DNA from: Saccharofermentans sp.
GTDB taxonomy: Bacteria; Bacillota; Clostridia; Saccharofermentanales; Saccharofermentanaceae
Length of the DNA: 64,000 nt
NCBI GenBank assembly: GCA_024692235.1
Contig: JAILMW010000038.1
Coordinates: 4,987 to 68,986, forward strand
Direction: 5' to 3'
Part shown: positions 59,605 to 64,000 of the stretch, piece after piece
Layout: the number at the start of each line of letters is the position of its first letter
How positions within the stretch are numbered: the first letter of the stretch is position 1
The notes under the pieces: generated by a model
The model's input: only the letters and a program-made list of their open reading frames with translations
Database searches by the model: none
Told to the model about the DNA's origin: nothing
Made by a program: the position numbers and the translations under genes

Positions 59605-60820
59605 TGAACTTATAAAGAACTTCGGTAATATCCGCGACTATATGAGGGAGTTCTATGTCTACGGCTTCAAAAGCCGCGAGGACTTTACTTCCAAGAGCCT
59701 TCGAAGCTACGACGATTCAAGAAGAAGGATCGAGAGCTGGCTTTCCGATCACATGTCATTCTCTTTTACACCTGACGGCAAGAATGTATTTATCTCCGTT
59801 GACAGCAGGAGCTGCGGAAGCAATCCGCTCTTCAAGGCATGGAAGAGCAAGAGCTTTACTGACGGTGATATCTCGCTTCACTTTATCCTCATGGATATAT
59901 TATCCGATGATAAGGAACTTACATTAAAGGAGATCCTCGAGGAAGCTGATACCTATAACGGTATGTTCTCCGAAGATCGTGTATTTGATATATCGACAGT
60001 CCGTAAGAAGCTTAAAGAATATTCCGATCTCGGGATAGTTATATCCCGTAAGGAAGGCAGGAACACATACTATAAGAAGGGGAAGGAGTATGAGCTTCCG
60101 GCAGCGGAAGTACTAAGGTTCTTCTCAGAAGTATCACCCTGCGGAGTTATAGGATCCTTTATAGAAGATAAGCTTCAAAGTGATGAGAAAGGGATAGCAG
60201 ATAAGCTTTCATTTAAGCATCACTATATAACTTCTACTATCGACAGCGAGATCTTATATACGATCCTTGATGCCATGAGCGATAAGTGCGAAGTTAAGAT
60301 CTCCTCCGTCAACCACAGAAGGCAGGAGACATTTACCGATACGATAATACCGTTGAAGCTTAAGATGAGTTCTCAAAGCGGAAGACAGTACATCATGTGC
60401 TTCTCCATAAAGTCCGAGAAGATGGTCGCATACAGAGTGGACTATATAACGGCTGCGGATAAAGGCGAAGCGGTATCTTACTACGATGAAGTAATGCGTA
60501 AGTTTATATCCATGGAGGAACATATCTGGGGCGTAAGTATCCCTCATTCCATGGAGCATGTCATGTTCGAGATATGCTACGGAAAGTACGAAGAATATAT
60601 AAAGGACCGCCTTATAAGAGAGAAAAGATGCGGCACTGTTACGGAAGTCGCAGAAGGTGTTTTACGATTCGAAGCTGACATATACGATTCCACGGAGATG
60701 GTACCCTGGATACGTACGTTTATAGGAAGGATAGTATCGCTTGAATTCTCCAACAAGGGTGTAGAGAGGCGTTTCAGGGAAGATCTTATTCGTATGTATG
60801 AAATGTATTCGGAGGTGTAG
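59594..60820 (+). CDS. WYL domain transcriptional regulator (first of a pair)
   Basis: wHTH (LTLKEI...STVRKKLKEY..LG); WYL-like P.K...S..SGRQY....YRVDYI; WCX-like EMVPWIRTF. Confidence 0.85.
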   Translation: MAYNELIKNFGNIRDYMREFYVYGFKSREDFTSKSLRSYDDSRRRIESWLSDHMSFSFTPDGKNVFISVDSRSCGSNPLFKAWKSKSFTDGDISLHFILMDILSDDKELTLKEILEEADTYNGMFSEDRVFDISTVRKKLKEYSDLGIVISRKEGRNTYYKKGKEYELPAAEVLRFFSEVSPCGVIGSFIEDKLQSDEKGIADKLSFKHHYITSTIDSEILYTILDAMSDKCEVKISSVNHRRQETFTDTIIPLKLKMSSQSGRQYIMCFSIKSEKMVAYRVDYITAADKGEAVSYYDEVMRKFISMEEHIWGVSIPHSMEHVMFEICYGKYEEYIKDRLIREKRCGTVTEVAEGVLRFEADIYDSTEMVPWIRTFIGRIVSLEFSNKGVERRFREDLIRMYEMYSEV

Positions 60821-60822
60821 CA

Positions 60823-61731
60823 ATGATATTCTCCGAAGTATACGGCGCATACTATAACATAATGGCGGATATCTTAAAGATAGCCGTCACAAGACCTCCC
60901 ACTAAGGAGGAGATAGATTCCATAATAAGAGAGAAAGGTTTTGCAGAGACTAACCTCTTCTTCGGCGGCGATCTGTACGAAGACAGATATAAGCTCATGA
61001 CAAGAGATGGTAAGACGCCTATACGACATTCTCCTTCCATGCCTCTTACTACAGCGCAAAAAAGATGGCTTAAGGCAATAAGCATGGACCCGAGGTTCAC
61101 TCTCTTTGGCATCTCCATAGAAGGTATAGAGGACGTTAAGCCTTTATTTACTCCCGACATGACAGATGTCTTCGATAAGTATGCTGACGGCGACCCTTAT
61201 GAAGATCCTTCTTACAGGGAGCATTTCGCCATGGTGCTTAAAGCCCTTCGTGAAGACATGTCACTTGAACTTAAGACTATATCCGGTAAGGGTAAGAGAC
61301 GATACCATACGCTTACTCCTTCGCGCCTTGAATATTCCGAGAAGGACGATAAGTTCAGAGTGATAGGGATGGAGGGAAGATATATCCTTACGGTCAACAT
61401 AAACCGTATCCTTGAGGCGCGTCTTATTCCCAGAGCAGTGCGTATGGATAAGGATCCGTATCCTGATAAGAAGGAAGTGACCCTGATGCTTTACGATACT
61501 CGAAAGGCATTAGACAGGGTGCTTTTGCATTTTGCGCACTTTGAGAAGGAAGCGGTTCATTTAGGCGGGAAGAGATACAAGATCACACTAAGATACTGCC
61601 CTGATGATGAGACTGAGATCCTAATAAGGCTCATGTCTTTCGGGCCTCTTATAAGGGTGGTATCTCCCGAACCTCTTAAAGCTGAACTTAAGAAGAGAGT
61701 AGACAGGCAGCACGATCTGCTGTCCCTCTGA
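60823..61731 (+). CDS. WYL domain protein (second of a pair)
   Basis: MIFSEVY..YY, P.RLEYSEKDDKFR....N..RI and DE.EILIR..SFGP...V..P. Confidence 0.82.
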   Translation: MIFSEVYGAYYNIMADILKIAVTRPPTKEEIDSIIREKGFAETNLFFGGDLYEDRYKLMTRDGKTPIRHSPSMPLTTAQKRWLKAISMDPRFTLFGISIEGIEDVKPLFTPDMTDVFDKYADGDPYEDPSYREHFAMVLKALREDMSLELKTISGKGKRRYHTLTPSRLEYSEKDDKFRVIGMEGRYILTVNINRILEARLIPRAVRMDKDPYPDKKEVTLMLYDTRKALDRVLLHFAHFEKEAVHLGGKRYKITLRYCPDDETEILIRLMSFGPLIRVVSPEPLKAELKKRVDRQHDLLSL

Positions 61732-61735
61732 TGCT

Positions 61736-61782
61736 GTTCGCAACTTTTTTTCCGTGATTACATATTCATCCGAAGTTATCAT
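61736..61782 (+). promoter_or_regulatory. Candidate activator-dependent promoter of the ncRNA-SPFH-rtcB unit
   Basis: -10 TATCAT (61777-82), weak -35 GTGATT 17 nt upstream, preceded by GTTCGCAACTTTTTTTCC. Confidence 0.4.
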
Positions 61783-61788
61783 CTGCTT

Positions 61789-62170
61789 GTAAGTTGATCC
61801 GAGGCACGTGATTCATAAAGTCACTGCGGTGCATGAGGGTTCCCGAAGTGTATACCGGTCATCTTGCATGGTTACGCTATTTGGCTCAAAACCGAAAAAG
61901 CAAGTTGGTTCGAATCCAATCGTCAAATTTGGAAAACATTTGAACAACAAAGCCGGATCGTCCACGTCAAAGAAGAAGCCCGAAGAAGGGACATGTCTCT
62001 TCAAAGGCAGAAACGGAGGCAGTACCTTGAGAAGCCAAGCCCCGCGACGGATACCGCGGAAGGACCTTACAGGCCAAAGCAGGCACTTCGCCTGTAAGGA
62101 AATATCGCTTAAGACGCGGGCCGCATCCCACGGGTACGGACGGTCTAACTTAACAGACAAACGTGATGAA
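61789..62170 (+). ncRNA. Candidate structured ncRNA with a tRNA-like module
   Basis: Anticodon-like arm TTTGG-CTCAAAA-CCGAA, T-arm GTTGG-TTCGAAT-CCAAT, long-range GATCCG/CGGATC pairing and several strong hairpins; no credible ORF. Confidence 0.6.
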
Positions 62171-62184
62171 CGGAGGAAATAGAA

Positions 62185-63285
62185 ATGAAGAAAGTAGTAT
62201 TAAATGAGAGACAGTTCGGACTTATGTTCAAGAACGGTAAGTTCGTAAGGATAGCAGGAGCAGGTAAGTACCTGATCTCTTCTTCGACAGTCGTCGAGAT
62301 AAGGGATATCAAGGAGGAACTCGTATCCGTAAGGTGCGATATCGATACCCTCCTTTCCAAGGAAGGCGTCGAAGATATGGTAGATGTAGTCGTTGTTAAG
62401 AGCAACGAGATCTGCCTGAGGTTCGTAAACGATATCTTCGTTGAAGCAGTAAACGAAGGCAGACATGCTTTCTTCAAGGCTTGTGGCGAGAATACGTTCA
62501 TGATCTTCGAGAAGACATATAAGGTAGCGGAGGACTTCCCTAAGTATCTTTTCTCCAAGCTTCCTTCCGATATGTATAAGAGGTTCTCGGTAGCTCCCGA
62601 CCTGAAGGGTGTCATGTATGTAAACGGCGCAGTGGAGAAGGTATTAGATCCCGGTGAATACTACTTCTGGAATACGGATGATGTTATTACCATGAATGTC
62701 TACGACATGAGGATCATCCCCATGGATATCCAGGGTCAGGAGATCCTTACCGCGGACAAGGTAGAGGTCAGGGTGAACCTCGTTATCGACTACAGGGTGG
62801 AAGATCCCGTAAAGGTATATTCGACTGTGGCTAACGTAGGTACATATCTGCACCGCATGGCTCAGCTTGCCATCAGGGAGATCGTCGGTAAGCAAAAGCT
62901 CGATGAGATCTTGGAGAACAAGGATGAGATCACGAATTATGTATATTCGCAGATGAAGGAGAAGTGCCATGAGGCAGCGATCGAACTTATCGATGCCGGT
63001 GTAAAGGATATAATCCTACCCGGCTCCGTAAGGGAGATCATGAACACCGTCCTTATCGCTGAGAAGAAGGCTCAGGCTAACGTTATCACGAGAAGAGAGG
63101 AAGTAGCTTCAACGAGGTCGCTTCTTAATACGGCTAAGCTTATGGAGGAGAATCCTACTCTATATAAGCTCAAGGAGCTCGAGTACGTAGAGAGGATCTG
63201 CGAGAACGTAGGCAATATCAATATCGGCGGTACGGGAGATATCCTGGAATCGCTTACGAAGATCATCGGAAGAGAAGCTTCCTGA
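62185..63285 (+). CDS. SPFH / band-7 (slipin family) protein
   Basis: QEILTADKV..RVN, QLAIRE.VG...LDE.L, G.KDIILPG, AEK.AQAN.I.RREE.A.TRSLLNTAKL and LKELE; GGAGG RBS. Confidence 0.9.
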   Translation: MKKVVLNERQFGLMFKNGKFVRIAGAGKYLISSSTVVEIRDIKEELVSVRCDIDTLLSKEGVEDMVDVVVVKSNEICLRFVNDIFVEAVNEGRHAFFKACGENTFMIFEKTYKVAEDFPKYLFSKLPSDMYKRFSVAPDLKGVMYVNGAVEKVLDPGEYYFWNTDDVITMNVYDMRIIPMDIQGQEILTADKVEVRVNLVIDYRVEDPVKVYSTVANVGTYLHRMAQLAIREIVGKQKLDEILENKDEITNYVYSQMKEKCHEAAIELIDAGVKDIILPGSVREIMNTVLIAEKKAQANVITRREEVASTRSLLNTAKLMEENPTLYKLKELEYVERICENVGNINIGGTGDILESLTKIIGREAS

Positions 63286-63308
63286 TCAGTTTATAAAGGA
63301 GAATAAAT

Positions 63309-64000
63309 ATGTTAGAGATCAAAGGTAAATACAATACGGCGATCTGCTACGCCAAGGTCATCGAAGATGAAGCAGTTGAGCAGATCGAGAGAATGCTCGA
63401 TACCGAATTCGCCGAAGGATCCAGAGTAAGGATAATGCCTGATGTACACGCAGGTGCGGGCTGCACCATCGGAACTACCATGACTATCACGGACAAGGCT
63501 GTTCCTAACGTAGTAGGAGTAGATATCGGATGCGGTATGTATACGACTAAGCTTAAGGAGAAAGAGATCGATATGGAGGTCCTGGATAAGGTCTGCCATA
63601 AGATCCCTTCCGGCAAGAATGTATGGGAAGGCAGAAAAGAGAAGTTCGATATCACGGGACTTACTTGCTTCAGAAGCCTTAGAGAGACAAAGTGGATCGC
63701 AAGATCCTTGGGAACTCTCGGCGGAGGCAACCACTTCATCGAAGTAGATAAGGGTGAAGACGGTTCTCTGTACCTTGTTATCCATTCCGGTTCCCGTAAC
63801 CTCGGTAAGCAGGTTGCCGAATATCATCAGGGTATCGCGGTCGACCTCATGAAGGGTAAGGCAGAGTATTTCAATAAGAGAGATGAGATCATCAGGACTT
63901 ATAAGGAAGAGGGCAGAAGATCCGAGATCCAGGGTGCATTGAAGGCACTTGCAGCGGAATATAATGCAGAAGAACTCAAGGTTCCCGAAGCTCTCTGCTG
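63309..64000 (+). CDS. rtcB: RtcB family RNA ligase (truncated by window end)
   Basis: Read from the sequence: MLEIKGKYNTA..., MPDVHAGAGCTIG, VGVDIGCGM, LGTLGGGNHFIE and IHSGSRNLG. Confidence 0.95.
   Translation, partial: MLEIKGKYNTAICYAKVIEDEAVEQIERMLDTEFAEGSRVRIMPDVHAGAGCTIGTTMTITDKAVPNVVGVDIGCGMYTTKLKEKEIDMEVLDKVCHKIPSGKNVWEGRKEKFDITGLTCFRSLRETKWIARSLGTLGGGNHFIEVDKGEDGSLYLVIHSGSRNLGKQVAEYHQGIAVDLMKGKAEYFNKRDEIIRTYKEEGRRSEIQGALKALAAEYNAEELKVPEALC

Noticed and set aside
61855-61930. Functional tRNA-Leu(CAA) gene
   Set aside because: No 7-bp acceptor stem, no CCA, no proper D-stem and no long variable arm; reported as tRNA-like only.
61808-62182. 124-aa ORF (and overlapping 77/115-aa ORFs) across the WYL-SPFH gap
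   Set aside because: GTG start without an RBS, atypical composition and no recognisable motif; the region is better explained as structured RNA.
63312-63827. Minus-strand ORFs at the window end
   Set aside because: Antisense shadows of rtcB, which the ORF track missed because it has no stop inside the window.

Overview
A 64-kb chromosomal window from a Clostridia-like (Bacillota) anaerobe, possibly a Saccharofermentans-like rumen/gut organism; the taxonomy is inferred from gene content and codon style. It has a housekeeping backbone (nadA / nadB-nadC-niaR with a NiaR box, leuS, mreB-like, rho with a long insertion, rpmE, DUF1385, prmC). Around this are many accessory genes: two paralogous families of very acidic lipoproteins, five GGDEF/EAL c-di-GMP proteins plus an orphan 7TM sensor, several zinc-ribbon membrane proteins, a large surface protein, an orphan Imm1-like immunity gene, and an Lsa-like ABC-F gene with a uORF/terminator leader. 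The most striking locus is at the right end: small Zn-finger gene, WYL, WYL, then a ~380-nt structured non-coding region with a tRNA-like anticodon arm (CAA) and T-arm, then an SPFH/slipin gene and rtcB. It looks like a WYL-controlled RNA-repair operon with its own tRNA-mimic RNA. Other unannotated candidates are a ~75-nt sRNA, a 27-aa hydrophobic peptide and an anti-SD leader. No CRISPR array, rRNA, complete tRNA or transposase was seen. All calls come from reading the sequence by eye, without database searches.
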